Shown here piece by piece: positions 17,902-27,608 of a stretch of 64,000 bases of DNA. The notes under the pieces are model-generated. The model did no database searches, was not told where the DNA came from, and saw nothing but the letters and a program-made list of their open reading frames with translations. The number at the start of each line of letters is the position of its first letter. Positions within the stretch are counted from its first letter, which is position 1. Source of the DNA: Candidatus Hodarchaeota archaeon (GTDB taxonomy: Archaea > Asgardarchaeota > Lokiarchaeia > Sigyniarchaeales > SOKP01); NCBI GenBank assembly GCA_048886685.1, contig JBHLKM010000011.1, forward strand, positions 47,115 to 111,114, given 5' to 3'. A program made the translations under genes and the position numbers.

Positions 17902-18282
17902 ATGAATGAAATTAAAAATCTTATTGAGGACTTAGGAATTGCGGCATTGGAGGCCAATACAAAAATTGCTAGGATCGCAGTTGTCTCTGATTCAGGAAAT
18001 ATAATTTTCCAGACAGAAAATTTTGATCTAACCAATCAAACAAAAATTATATCTGATGTCATTAAGGGTATCCGCTCTTTTGTTTTTAATAATATAGAAT
18101 TTTCGGTTGATGAAACTAACACTGAAGGAATTATAGGTACAAACGATGGTGGTATGGGGCATCTAATTTTCATTCCTTTTCAAGGAGGTGTGCTTGTAGC
18201 ATATGCCATGCCTAAAGCAGATCCAATGAAAGCATTATTATTTCTAAAAGATTATGCGAGTAAATTGAATGGGAAGATATAA
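17902..18282 (+). CDS. Asgard-type profilin
   Basis: IAVVSDSGNIIFQTENF, IIGTNDGGMGHLIFIP, GVLVAYAMPKADP and LKDYASKL match Lokiarchaeal profilin motifs as I recall them (IAIIG.DG.II.QTENW, IGTN..GKGHV, P.AGP). Confidence 0.75.
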   Translation: MNEIKNLIEDLGIAALEANTKIARIAVVSDSGNIIFQTENFDLTNQTKIISDVIKGIRSFVFNNIEFSVDETNTEGIIGTNDGGMGHLIFIPFQGGVLVAYAMPKADPMKALLFLKDYASKLNGKI

Positions 18283-18435
18283 TTTAAAATTTAATAAAAT
18301 TAGTAGAATTCAATAATATTCTTTTATTTTTGTTTCTCTCTAACGATAATATATATTGAAAAAATAACGATTATAGTTCCAAATAAATGGAATAAGGTAA
18401 AAACTTCGCCAAGAATTAACCTGGAAAACTGAAAT

Positions 18436-19695
18436 TTACTTGATCAATACTTTTTCAATAATTTCAATAGCCCAATCAATTTCTTCTCGAGTAATTACTA
18501 AGGGGGGGGCAAACCTAATTGTTGTAGAATGAGTATCTTTTGCTAAAATTCCATTGTCTTTTAATTCTTCAACAATTTGTCTTGCATCTTCAGTAAATTC
18601 TACAGCCACAAGTAGTCCTTTACCTCTTACATCTTTGATTGGAATTTTCGTTCTTTTTTCTGCAATTTCCTTAAGTCTCTTAATAAAGTAAGATCCCATC
18701 TCTTTTGATCGCTCAGCAAGATTCTCACGTAAATGAATGTCTATAGATTTCATTGCAACTGCACATGCTAAAGGATTTCCCCCAAATGTGCTTCCATGAG
18801 TTCCAGGTTTAATTACATCTGGTCCTATAATATCTTTAGTTGTAACACATGCAGAAACGGGATAAACGCCACCCCCCAGAGCTTTACCTAATAACAACAT
18901 GTCTGGTTTTACATTTTCATGATCACAGGCAAAAAGTTCACCAGTTCGACAAAAACCAGTTTGAATTTCATCTAACACCATCAAAATATTATATTTAGTA
19001 CAAATATCTCTAACTTTCTTCAAAAATCCTTCTGGAGGGACATTTACACCAGCTTCTCCTTGTATAGGTTCAAATAAAAAAGCAGCTACTTTTTCGGGTC
19101 CAGTTTCTAAAATAATATTCTCCAATTCTTCAGCGTCTCCGTAAGGTATCATAATAAATCCCGGAGTATATGGGCCAAAATTTCCATAATAACGAACTGC
19201 TGAAATATCGGAACTAAAGCCAACAATAGTTATTGTCCTACCATGAAAATTATTTCGACATACAATAATTTTAGCTTCATTTTTAGGGATTTTTTTCTTA
19301 ATATAACCCCAAGCTCTTGCCATTTTTAAACCTGTAGATACTGCTTCTGTTCCAGTGTTCATTGGAATGCTCATTATCCCAGAATTTGTTGGATCGTTGA
19401 TGTGTGGACCTACAACTTCAGCTAGCATTTTTAAAAAAGGTCCCATTAAATCATTATGAAAGGCTCGAGAAGTTAAGGTAACGATATCTGCTTGTTCTTT
19501 TAAAGCTGCGACAATTTCAGGATGACAATGACCAGTATTCTGGCTTGAATATGCTGATAAACAGTCCAAATATTTATTACCTTCTGGATCATACACCCAA
19601 ACTCCTTCTGCTCGGGAAATTACAACGGGAATAGGATGATAATTATGAGCACAATATTTCAAATCCATTTCAATATAATCTTTTGATGTTGGCAT
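18436..19695 (-). CDS. rocD: Ornithine--oxo-acid aminotransferase
   Basis: AHNYHPIPVV, DCLSAYS, GHCHP, LTSRAF, PMNTGTEA, FHGRT, EPIQGEAGV, DEIQTG, LLGKALGGG, HGSTFGGNP. Confidence 0.92.
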   Translation of the reverse strand: MPTSKDYIEMDLKYCAHNYHPIPVVISRAEGVWVYDPEGNKYLDCLSAYSSQNTGHCHPEIVAALKEQADIVTLTSRAFHNDLMGPFLKMLAEVVGPHINDPTNSGIMSIPMNTGTEAVSTGLKMARAWGYIKKKIPKNEAKIIVCRNNFHGRTITIVGFSSDISAVRYYGNFGPYTPGFIMIPYGDAEELENIILETGPEKVAAFLFEPIQGEAGVNVPPEGFLKKVRDICTKYNILMVLDEIQTGFCRTGELFACDHENVKPDMLLLGKALGGGVYPVSACVTTKDIIGPDVIKPGTHGSTFGGNPLACAVAMKSIDIHLRENLAERSKEMGSYFIKRLKEIAEKRTKIPIKDVRGKGLLVAVEFTEDARQIVEELKDNGILAKDTHSTTIRFAPPLVITREEIDWAIEIIEKVLIK

Positions 19696-19826
19696 GTTTT
19701 TTCATATCTCATTATTTTCTTCTAGTATTATTTAATTATATGAACATTTTCATTAAAAGTTTAAATGTTCTTTTCTTGGTCTTGGGAAGAAGATGGATTT
19801 TTTAGAAAAAAACAGCAATACATCGA

Positions 19827-19842
19827 CAAAAAAGTTTAAATA
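19827..19842 (+). promoter_or_regulatory. Candidate BRE plus TATA box
   Basis: CAAAAAAG-TTTAAATA about 75 nt upstream of the acylase start. Confidence 0.35.
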
Positions 19843-19916
19843 TATTTGGGTCAAAAAGAATAATTACAAAAAAATTTGCAAAAAAATTAAATCCAAAAAG
19901 AAGTGATCTATTTAAA

Positions 19917-22385
19917 ATGAAGAAAAAATTATGGATTTGGTTATTGTCAATAATAATATTGTTTCTAATTATTCCAATCACACCAACGAATGCATGTGGT
20001 TGGCGTTGGAATCGTAGAAAAATCACTATAATAAGAGATAACTATGGTGTTCCTCACATATATGCTAGAACAAAAGAAGGATTAGCATTTGGATGTGGTT
20101 ATGCTATGGCTCAAGATAGGCTATGGCAAGCAGATTTATATAGAAGAATTGCGTTTGGTAGCCTTGCTGAAATTAATCCTTTTGTATCTATAGATGATGA
20201 TTATGAGATTAGAACTTTGGGATATAGTAGGGAAGAACTCCTTGAAAATTTTGAGAATTGGGAACCAAAATATCCAAAGGCAAAACTTAAAGAAATGATG
20301 TTAGCCTATATAGAAGGTGTAAACCTTTACATTTCAGAAGCAACAACAGCGCTTGCTAAAGGAGATACATCTCTTATGCCCATGGAATATCTTGTATTTG
20401 ATGTACTACCAGAACCTTTTACAATTGAAGATAGTGTTGCGATTACAGTTATGATGGCTTGGCAATTTGGCTTATGTGGGGGAGGTGAGCTCGGTTTGGC
20501 TGCTAGTTACCTAGCTCTTGCCAGTAAGTATGGACCAGCCCTTGGAATGGAAATATTCAATGATCTTTACCCTCAAGTCGATCCAGGAGCTCCAACAACA
20601 ATTCCAAGCACTGGATGCTATGGTCCTAAATGTGGAGGTTATTATAGTATACCTTCGCTACCTGGCAATATTGGGAAAATATACAAGAAATATGAAGCCA
20701 CCAAGATGGGTCACGATCAGTTATTAGAATCAATGGGTATACCTACAAAATTTGGAAGTAATGCATGGATGGTTAATCCATGGAAATCTGAAACTGGAAA
20801 CGCAATGCAATTAGGAGGACCACAAATGGGACACTCAACTCCTCAAATTGTTTTGGAAGTTGGGTTGCATGGTGCTGGAATTGATGCTGTTGGTATGATG
20901 ATGCCCCAAGCACCGTCCATCTTGATTGGTGTAAGTCAACATGGTGCGTGGACCTCAACCACAGGTTCTTCAGATAACGCTGACACATACATTGAAATGT
21001 TGAATCCTGGTAATCCTTACCAATATTGGTACAATGGTGGATGGGTTGACATGGAAAAAAGAACAGAAATAATTTATGGTTATAAGAAATTATATAGTGA
21101 ACCAAGAGATATTTATCGTACGGTTCATGGCCCTATCATTGCTTGGGATTTAGATAACAATCTTTGTTATTCCATGAAAGTATCATGGTACAAGAATGAG
21201 TTAGCAGCTGAAGAGGGTTGGTCTCTCTTTCAACAAGCAGAAGATATCTGGGATATGCAAGAAGCTTGTAAACTCGTAGATCTAAGTCATAACTTCTATT
21301 GGGTAGATAGAAAGGGAAATATTGGATACTGGCACTCTGGTAAGTACCCAATTAAACCAACTTCTGGTGTTGGGGGGAGAATAATAGATGATAGGTTCCC
21401 TCTAAACGGAACAGGGGAAGAAGAATGGGTTGGTGTTACGGGTTTTGATGAGATGCCAAGGTGCATCAATCCTAAACAAGGTTATCTTGCCAATTGGAAC
21501 AACAAACCAATTGCTGATTGGCCATATCGAGAAGCTGATTGGGGCGAAGTTCATGGCGTTGGATGGATACAGGAGCAATTAGCAATGGGGGGTAAAATTT
21601 CATTTAAAGACATGGAAGATATCAACCGTGATACTGGATATGCACATTATGCTGGAAAGTATTTCCTTGATTTTCTCATAAATGCGGCTAAAGGTGATTC
21701 AAGTATTCCAGCCGAAGTTATAGATGTTCTTGAAGCATGGGATTGGCACTATAATGATGTAGAATATCCGAAATATCCTGATGATCCTGATCCTACCTAT
21801 GATGATCCCGGTCTGACTATCTTTGATAAATGGTTTGAAAAGGTTGATAATGCAGTATTTGATGATGATTTACCTCCTGGTGTAGGAGGCGGTGCTAGCA
21901 CACTTCTTCATGTTTTCGACGGAGTAGATTCAAAATTAGCACTTAATTTTGATTATCTTGGTGAGGAACCTCGTGATACTCTGATAGTTCGAGTGTTGAA
22001 AGAAGCTCTTGCTGAATTAGAATTAGAATATGGATCAAGTGATGTATCAGATTGGCTCACTGATGTTCGAATAACAAAACTTACATCGCAAGGAGCTCTA
22101 CCTACACCTGAAATGCATACTATGAACCGAGGAACTTATAATCACATAGCAGAAATGCCAAAATGGCGATGGTGGCATAGATGTAGGCGCCCTGATCCTA
22201 TTGCAGTAAACGTTATCCCTCCTGGACAAAGCGGATTCATAACCTTAATAGATGGTGTGCCTTATATAAGTCCTCATTGGAATGATCAACTTGAGTTATA
22301 TGACACCTGGACATATAAACCCGTACGTTATTGTTTTAGGGCTAACTGGAAAGTAAGAGAATCAGTTACGCGTCTACGGTATTAA
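19917..22385 (+). CDS. Secreted penicillin acylase-family Ntn hydrolase
   Basis: Signal peptide, IRDNYGVPHI, GYAMAQDRLWQ, autoproteolytic GSNAW, RTVHGP, NPKQGYLANWNNKP, PPGQSG. Confidence 0.9.
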   Translation: MKKKLWIWLLSIIILFLIIPITPTNACGWRWNRRKITIIRDNYGVPHIYARTKEGLAFGCGYAMAQDRLWQADLYRRIAFGSLAEINPFVSIDDDYEIRTLGYSREELLENFENWEPKYPKAKLKEMMLAYIEGVNLYISEATTALAKGDTSLMPMEYLVFDVLPEPFTIEDSVAITVMMAWQFGLCGGGELGLAASYLALASKYGPALGMEIFNDLYPQVDPGAPTTIPSTGCYGPKCGGYYSIPSLPGNIGKIYKKYEATKMGHDQLLESMGIPTKFGSNAWMVNPWKSETGNAMQLGGPQMGHSTPQIVLEVGLHGAGIDAVGMMMPQAPSILIGVSQHGAWTSTTGSSDNADTYIEMLNPGNPYQYWYNGGWVDMEKRTEIIYGYKKLYSEPRDIYRTVHGPIIAWDLDNNLCYSMKVSWYKNELAAEEGWSLFQQAEDIWDMQEACKLVDLSHNFYWVDRKGNIGYWHSGKYPIKPTSGVGGRIIDDRFPLNGTGEEEWVGVTGFDEMPRCINPKQGYLANWNNKPIADWPYREADWGEVHGVGWIQEQLAMGGKISFKDMEDINRDTGYAHYAGKYFLDFLINAAKGDSSIPAEVIDVLEAWDWHYNDVEYPKYPDDPDPTYDDPGLTIFDKWFEKVDNAVFDDDLPPGVGGGASTLLHVFDGVDSKLALNFDYLGEEPRDTLIVRVLKEALAELELEYGSSDVSDWLTDVRITKLTSQGALPTPEMHTMNRGTYNHIAEMPKWRWWHRCRRPDPIAVNVIPPGQSGFITLIDGVPYISPHWNDQLELYDTWTYKPVRYCFRANWKVRESVTRLRY

Positions 22386-22721
22386 AAACGAATATTAATA
22401 AACAAATATTTAATTAAAAATTAATCTTTTTTTTTTATCTTTTAAAGAAATTCATTCTAAGAACAATAAATTTTTTTTAAAAGCTTTTCTGTTTACAAGC
22501 TCACTAAAAGCAAAAGATACTAACATTTTAGCATAAGTTCCAAATCTCGTTAATTTATAATATTAAAGAACTCATTAAAGTTTTCGATATTTTAGATTCA
22601 AAACCTTTAAGAGAAATTAAACAAATGAACGTGATTTTCAGCGATCTAGCTGGAGCCGAATTTATACGGATAGGATGACAAAATAGTGTAAATGGTCAAA
22701 ATGTAATCGAGGGAAAATTTT

Positions 22722-23513
22722 TTAATCTAATTCTTTTCTTCTTACAAGTTCTTTTATAAAAAAAGATGCGACAATCTCAGCATAAGTACCGGGACCAAAA
22801 CCAGCGTCGTATCCTAATTCTTTTGCTAATTCATTACTTATTCTGGCACCACCACAGATGAGAATTACTTGATCTCTTATTCCTTCAGCCTCTAATAGTT
22901 CAACTAATTCGGTTAGGTTTTTCACATGAATATCTTTTTGTGTGACTGTTTGTGAAACTAATAAGACATCTGCTTTTAGTTCTATTGTTCTTTTGACAAA
23001 CTCTTCATTTGAGACTTGGCTTCCTAAATTATAAGTTTCTATCATTTCATATTGTTCAAGACCATGATGTCCAGTAAAACCTTTCATGTTAATAATTGAA
23101 TCAATTCCTACTGTATGAGCATCTGTTCCTGTTGATGCTCCAAGAATAACTAACTTACGTCCTATCTTTTCTTTTATGAAATTATTAATATCTTCTTTAG
23201 ACATAACATTTACTTCTACAGTTTCTACTTGAATTTTAGTATAATCGATTGTATGAATTGACTTTCCATAAATTACAAAAAATGTGAATCCTTTGTCTAG
23301 CGCAGAATGATATGCTATTTCAGGATCTTTCAACCCCATTTTTTTTACAAGTTCTTTAGCTGCTTCAATTGATTTTTCATCATTATCAACTGGAAGTGTA
23401 AAACTTAATTGTACCTTTCCATCGTTCATTGTATCTCCATAAGGTTTAATTCTTGTTATATCAAGATTCTTATCAAAAGTTTCCTTTCCAGTTGGATTTG
23501 GCCCGCCTCCCAT
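22722..23513 (-). CDS. kamE: Beta-lysine 5,6-aminomutase beta subunit (B12-binding)
   Basis: KPYGDTMNDGKVQLSFTLP, DAHTVG (DxHxxG), PLP lysine in NMKG, SQTVTQ. Confidence 0.95.
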   Translation of the reverse strand: MGGGPNPTGKETFDKNLDITRIKPYGDTMNDGKVQLSFTLPVDNDEKSIEAAKELVKKMGLKDPEIAYHSALDKGFTFFVIYGKSIHTIDYTKIQVETVEVNVMSKEDINNFIKEKIGRKLVILGASTGTDAHTVGIDSIINMKGFTGHHGLEQYEMIETYNLGSQVSNEEFVKRTIELKADVLLVSQTVTQKDIHVKNLTELVELLEAEGIRDQVILICGGARISNELAKELGYDAGFGPGTYAEIVASFFIKELVRRKELD

Positions 23514-23514
23514 T

Positions 23515-25104
23515 TTAGTTCCCTCCTTTTGTTAATTCTCTAATCATAAGTTCGATAAATGGATTAAAATAATCTTTCTCTTTCTTAATTACACCATCTA
23601 ATCCTTTACCACCATCTAACGGTCTTTTAATTCCAGCGAAGATTCCTTTTTCAATAGTTCTAAACAAACCTTGTTCTTCGATTTCCTTTAATAAATCATA
23701 AGCCTTGTTAAGAACATTATCGACTCTTCTTTGCATTATTCCCCCACTCTTAAATACTATTTCTTCACTGATAGACTTCATATTATTGAACACATAACGA
23801 GCATTTTCAATAGATAATGCTCTATCTGACATAAAGGGCGTATGTATTGCTTCTGTTAACATACCAAGGAGGTGAATTTTTTGATTCGTCATAATAGTAA
23901 TCATATTAAATAAAGCATCTTGAATATGACCTTTGAATATATTTCCTGTCATATATTTAGTTGGAGGCATGTATTTAAGTGGAGCATTAGGAAAAATCTC
24001 TCGTGTCATTTGAGCTTGTGCTAATTCATATAAAAATCCGTTTTCTAAATCAGGATTCATCTCAAATGCATGACCTAATCCCATTTGTTCTTCTCTTAAT
24101 CCTGCGAGTAAAGCAAATTGTTCATTAATAAATTCAGAAGCAAGAACTGTGTGGGCTGCTTCAAATGCATCGGCTGTAGTTAAGTAGTTATCTTCTCCAG
24201 TATTTATGATTACACCAGCATAAGCATTTATCATTCTTGAAAAGTACTGGTCAATAATAGTTCTTTTCATATTAATATCACGGAATAAAATCCCATAAAG
24301 AGCATCGTTTAACATCATATCAACCCTTTCAAAAGCACCTATAGCAGCAATTTCCGGCATACATAAACCAGAGCAATAATTAGTTAGTCTTATATATCTC
24401 CCTAATTCTTCACTCACTTCATCTAAAGCCTTTCTCATAAGTCGAAAATTTTCTTGAGTAGCATATGTTCCGCCAAATCCTTCTGTTGTTGGACCAAAAG
24501 GAACATAATCGAGTAAACTTTGCACTGTAGATCTAATAACAGCAATTACATCTGCACCTTGTTTTGCTGCAGCTTGAGCTTGAATAATATCCTCATAAAT
24601 ATTTCCTGTGGCTACAATAACATATATTAAAGGCCCTTCCTTATCACCATATTTTTTAAGCAATTCTTCTCTCTTTTTTCTATTTTGAGATATTAGTAAT
24701 AATGATTCTTGAGCAATGAGATTTACAGTTGCTTCGATCTCGGATCGATCTTTTAATGGTAATTGGGTTAAATCTAATTCTTCCTTAGTTACTTTTTCTG
24801 CTATCTCTTGCGGTGAAAGACTTGTATGCAATATAGCATTACCAATATAAGTAGCAGCACCAACATTAAGACCATTTCCCTTTTTGATATTTTCAACAAC
24901 AACATTAGCTAAAGGAACATCAAATTCATCTACACCATCTATACCAAATAATCTGCAGACAGTTCTTTCAATTGTGGTAGTAGTATGTTGATCGATGAAT
25001 TTCTGGGTATCTAACGCAATGACTTTCGCTGCTTCTCTTGCTTTCTTAACAATTGAAAAATCTAAATTCAATTTACTTTTTCGGTTTATTTCTTTTTCCT
25101 CCAC
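23515..25104 (-). CDS. kamD: Beta-lysine 5,6-aminomutase alpha subunit
   Basis: YVIVATGNIYED, GADVIAVIR, NYCSGLCMPEIA, NTGEDNY, KYMPPTK, MLTEAIHTP. Confidence 0.95.
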   Translation of the reverse strand: MEEKEINRKSKLNLDFSIVKKAREAAKVIALDTQKFIDQHTTTTIERTVCRLFGIDGVDEFDVPLANVVVENIKKGNGLNVGAATYIGNAILHTSLSPQEIAEKVTKEELDLTQLPLKDRSEIEATVNLIAQESLLLISQNRKKREELLKKYGDKEGPLIYVIVATGNIYEDIIQAQAAAKQGADVIAVIRSTVQSLLDYVPFGPTTEGFGGTYATQENFRLMRKALDEVSEELGRYIRLTNYCSGLCMPEIAAIGAFERVDMMLNDALYGILFRDINMKRTIIDQYFSRMINAYAGVIINTGEDNYLTTADAFEAAHTVLASEFINEQFALLAGLREEQMGLGHAFEMNPDLENGFLYELAQAQMTREIFPNAPLKYMPPTKYMTGNIFKGHIQDALFNMITIMTNQKIHLLGMLTEAIHTPFMSDRALSIENARYVFNNMKSISEEIVFKSGGIMQRRVDNVLNKAYDLLKEIEEQGLFRTIEKGIFAGIKRPLDGGKGLDGVIKKEKDYFNPFIELMIRELTKGGN

Positions 25105-25139
25105 TTATCTCACTTTTTTTTAATAAAAATTCTAAAAAT

Positions 25140-26174
25140 TTAATCATTAACTCCAAGATTATAAACAGGAATTTTTAATTTCTCTTGTAGTGATTTTAAA
25201 AACTTATTTTTATCAAATTCGTATCCATACGGAGAAGTTGGGTTTATGGTTATTGCTATTATATTTATAGGATTTAAAACTTTTAAAATTCCACCCTTTT
25301 TGAGGAATTTTTTTGTTGTATTTTGACTTAAAAATAATTTTGTACCATCTTCCACTAAAAAAGTAATTCCTTTATACTTTTGCGTGGATTTCATCAAGCC
25401 TTCTAAGAGTTTATCTGTGACAGCACCATTTATTATTACATATTGAGAATCATCATCTAAATTTGCACTGATATTATAAGCAGAATCTAAAGCTGTTGCT
25501 ACATTTAAAGAATGTATCTTATTATTCTTATCAATAATACTCACTTTTGATTCATTTAAGAGAATTTTCGAGAGTTTTTTAATTTCTAAGTTTTTCTCTT
25601 GCTCTAAATTTAATAAATTAATAGTATGAGCTGTTAAATTAATCACTTCATTCATATTTCTTGATACAGAAGCGCCTGTTGAAAGAATTGTAGCATCCGA
25701 AATTAAAGGTGTAGCATATGCTCTCCTGTCAAATGCTCCATCCACTAAAATAAGATCACAACCTAACTTCCTTAATTCTAAACAAATTATCATTAAATGC
25801 TTATTTATTGAAGGTCCAGCTAATTCAATATAGCCTTCACTTAGGGCTTTTAAAATCATAATTTCCCCTAAAGGAGTATTGAATCCTGTCTTTTGAATTA
25901 TTTCAAATTTAATTTGGCTCTCTTCATAGCATTGTTGGGCTGTTACTACATAAGTTCCTTTCTTTACATATATCTGAGGTTTTGGCAATTCAGTAATAAC
26001 ATCGTACTTTTCACCATCTCTCCCTATTGAAGTAATCCCTAATGTAATTTGCTCTCCAATATTTCTTATAATAAAATTTAGTGTAGTTGTTTTACTCACA
26101 TTTTTAGCGAGCCCTATTATTGAGATTATTTTTTGTTGGTCAATTCTATTTAAAATCTCAGATAATAAGTCCAT
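25140..26174 (-). CDS. kamB: Lysine 5,6-aminomutase accessory/reactivase subunit
   Basis: IIGLAKNVSKTT, TSIGRDGE..D, TPLGE, AGPS, VDGAFDR, ILSTGA, INPTSP; lies between kamA and kamD. Confidence 0.8.
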   Translation of the reverse strand: MDLLSEILNRIDQQKIISIIGLAKNVSKTTTLNFIIRNIGEQITLGITSIGRDGEKYDVITELPKPQIYVKKGTYVVTAQQCYEESQIKFEIIQKTGFNTPLGEIMILKALSEGYIELAGPSINKHLMIICLELRKLGCDLILVDGAFDRRAYATPLISDATILSTGASVSRNMNEVINLTAHTINLLNLEQEKNLEIKKLSKILLNESKVSIIDKNNKIHSLNVATALDSAYNISANLDDDSQYVIINGAVTDKLLEGLMKSTQKYKGITFLVEDGTKLFLSQNTTKKFLKKGGILKVLNPINIIAITINPTSPYGYEFDKNKFLKSLQEKLKIPVYNLGVND

Positions 26175-26282
26175 TTTCTCCCCAAAAGAAATATTATACT
26201 CATTAGTAAATGATATAAAACGTAATTATTTAAATTTTGAATATAAATTATCAAATACAATACTAATTATTTGCTATACTAA

Positions 26283-27521
26283 TTATTTAGTAAGGTTTTT
26301 TCTACGAGATTTTCTAAGGAGATCTTCAGGTTCAATTGTTATTTTTTGACCACTTAATAATGCACTGACACCAATCTGTTTTCCACAATCTTCACAATGA
26401 CAATTGGGGAAATAATCGTCTGGTTCCTCATATGTAGTTATAACTCCTTCGAAATTTCTTAATACGACACGGGTATTTCCTTGAGAGATAGTATAATCCG
26501 GCATCACAGGAATTTTTCCTCCGCCCCCAGGAGCATCAACAACGAAAGTTGGAACACATAATCCCGAAGTATGACCTCTCAAACCTTCAATAATTTCAAT
26601 ACCTTGAGCTACACTGGTCCTAAAATGTCCAAGTCCAAGAGAAAGATCACATTGATAAACGTAATAAGGCCTTACTCTAATCTTTACTAATCCTTGCACT
26701 AATTTTTTCATTACATGAATACAATCATTTACGCCTCTTAATAAAACCGATTGATTGCCTAGAGGAATTCCAGAATCAGCTAACATTTCACACGCCTTCG
26801 TGGAATCTTCTGTAATTTCATTTGAATGGTTAAAGTGAGTATTAAACCAAATAGGTTGATACTTTTTTAGCATTTCACATAATTCTGGGGTGATTCGGAA
26901 CGGATTTGTCACCGGTGCTCTAGACCCAATGCGTATTATTTCTACATGAGGTATTTCTTTTAACTGCTTTAGAATTTCTTCCATTGTTTTATTAGAAATT
27001 AATAATGCATCACCACCAGATAAAAGTACATCCCTTATAGAAGGATTTTGTCGAATATATTCTATACATTCGTCTATTTGCGATTGTGGAGGTGCCATAT
27101 CATGATGTCCAGCAAACCTTCTTCTTGTACAATGTCTACAATACATCGAACAGTTTTCTGTAACTAATAATAATACTCTGTCTGGATACCGATGAGTTAA
27201 TCCTTCTACGGGAGAATCTACATCTTCACTTAAAGGATCTTCAAGGTCACCAGTATATCTTTCTAACTCGTGAATTGTTGGAATTGCTTGTTTTCTAATG
27301 GGATCATAGGGATCATCAGGATCGATTAATGATAAGTAGTAGGGCGTAATTGCCATCCTATACTCTTGTAGAATTCTTGGATCGTCTTCTTCTTTGGTTA
27401 GTTTGATATATTTTTTAAGTTCTTCCAAAGTTGTTATTCTATTTTTAACTTGCCATTTCCAATCATTCCAATCCTCATCACTTACATGAGAAAATATTTC
27501 CTTTCTTCTATTGACTTTCAT
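26283..27521 (-). CDS. kamA: L-lysine 2,3-aminomutase (radical SAM/PLP)
   Basis: [26 protein letters not shown] lysine in [11 protein letters not shown]-terminal Zn site CHCEDC. Confidence 0.95.
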   Translation of the reverse strand: MKVNRRKEIFSHVSDEDWNDWKWQVKNRITTLEELKKYIKLTKEEDDPRILQEYRMAITPYYLSLIDPDDPYDPIRKQAIPTIHELERYTGDLEDPLSEDVDSPVEGLTHRYPDRVLLLVTENCSMYCRHCTRRRFAGHHDMAPPQSQIDECIEYIRQNPSIRDVLLSGGDALLISNKTMEEILKQLKEIPHVEIIRIGSRAPVTNPFRITPELCEMLKKYQPIWFNTHFNHSNEITEDSTKACEMLADSGIPLGNQSVLLRGVNDCIHVMKKLVQGLVKIRVRPYYVYQCDLSLGLGHFRTSVAQGIEIIEGLRGHTSGLCVPTFVVDAPGGGGKIPVMPDYTISQGNTRVVLRNFEGVITTYEEPDDYFPNCHCEDCGKQIGVSALLSGQKITIEPEDLLRKSRRKNLTK

Positions 27522-27608
27522 AATAATAAATTAAAACTCTAATTCGAATCTTATTAAGATAAAGAATTCATAAACTAAAAATTTTGCTTAAATTGATGAT
27601 TTATATCA

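Noticed and set aside
16818-22546. Recurring AGTTCCAAAT word at about 16820 (minus strand), 18375 and 22537 as a regulon motif
   Set aside because: Three 10-mers in AT-rich DNA; two lie between convergent gene ends rather than in promoters
22626-22715. Short hairpins downstream of kamE as a tRNA-like or ncRNA element
   Set aside because: Stems are only 3-6 bp, with no T-loop or acceptor-stem consensus; compatible with chance
26283-27521. Osmolyte-pathway ablA or EF-P-modifying epmB
   Set aside because: No ablB acetyltransferase or epmA nearby; flanked by kdd and kamBDE
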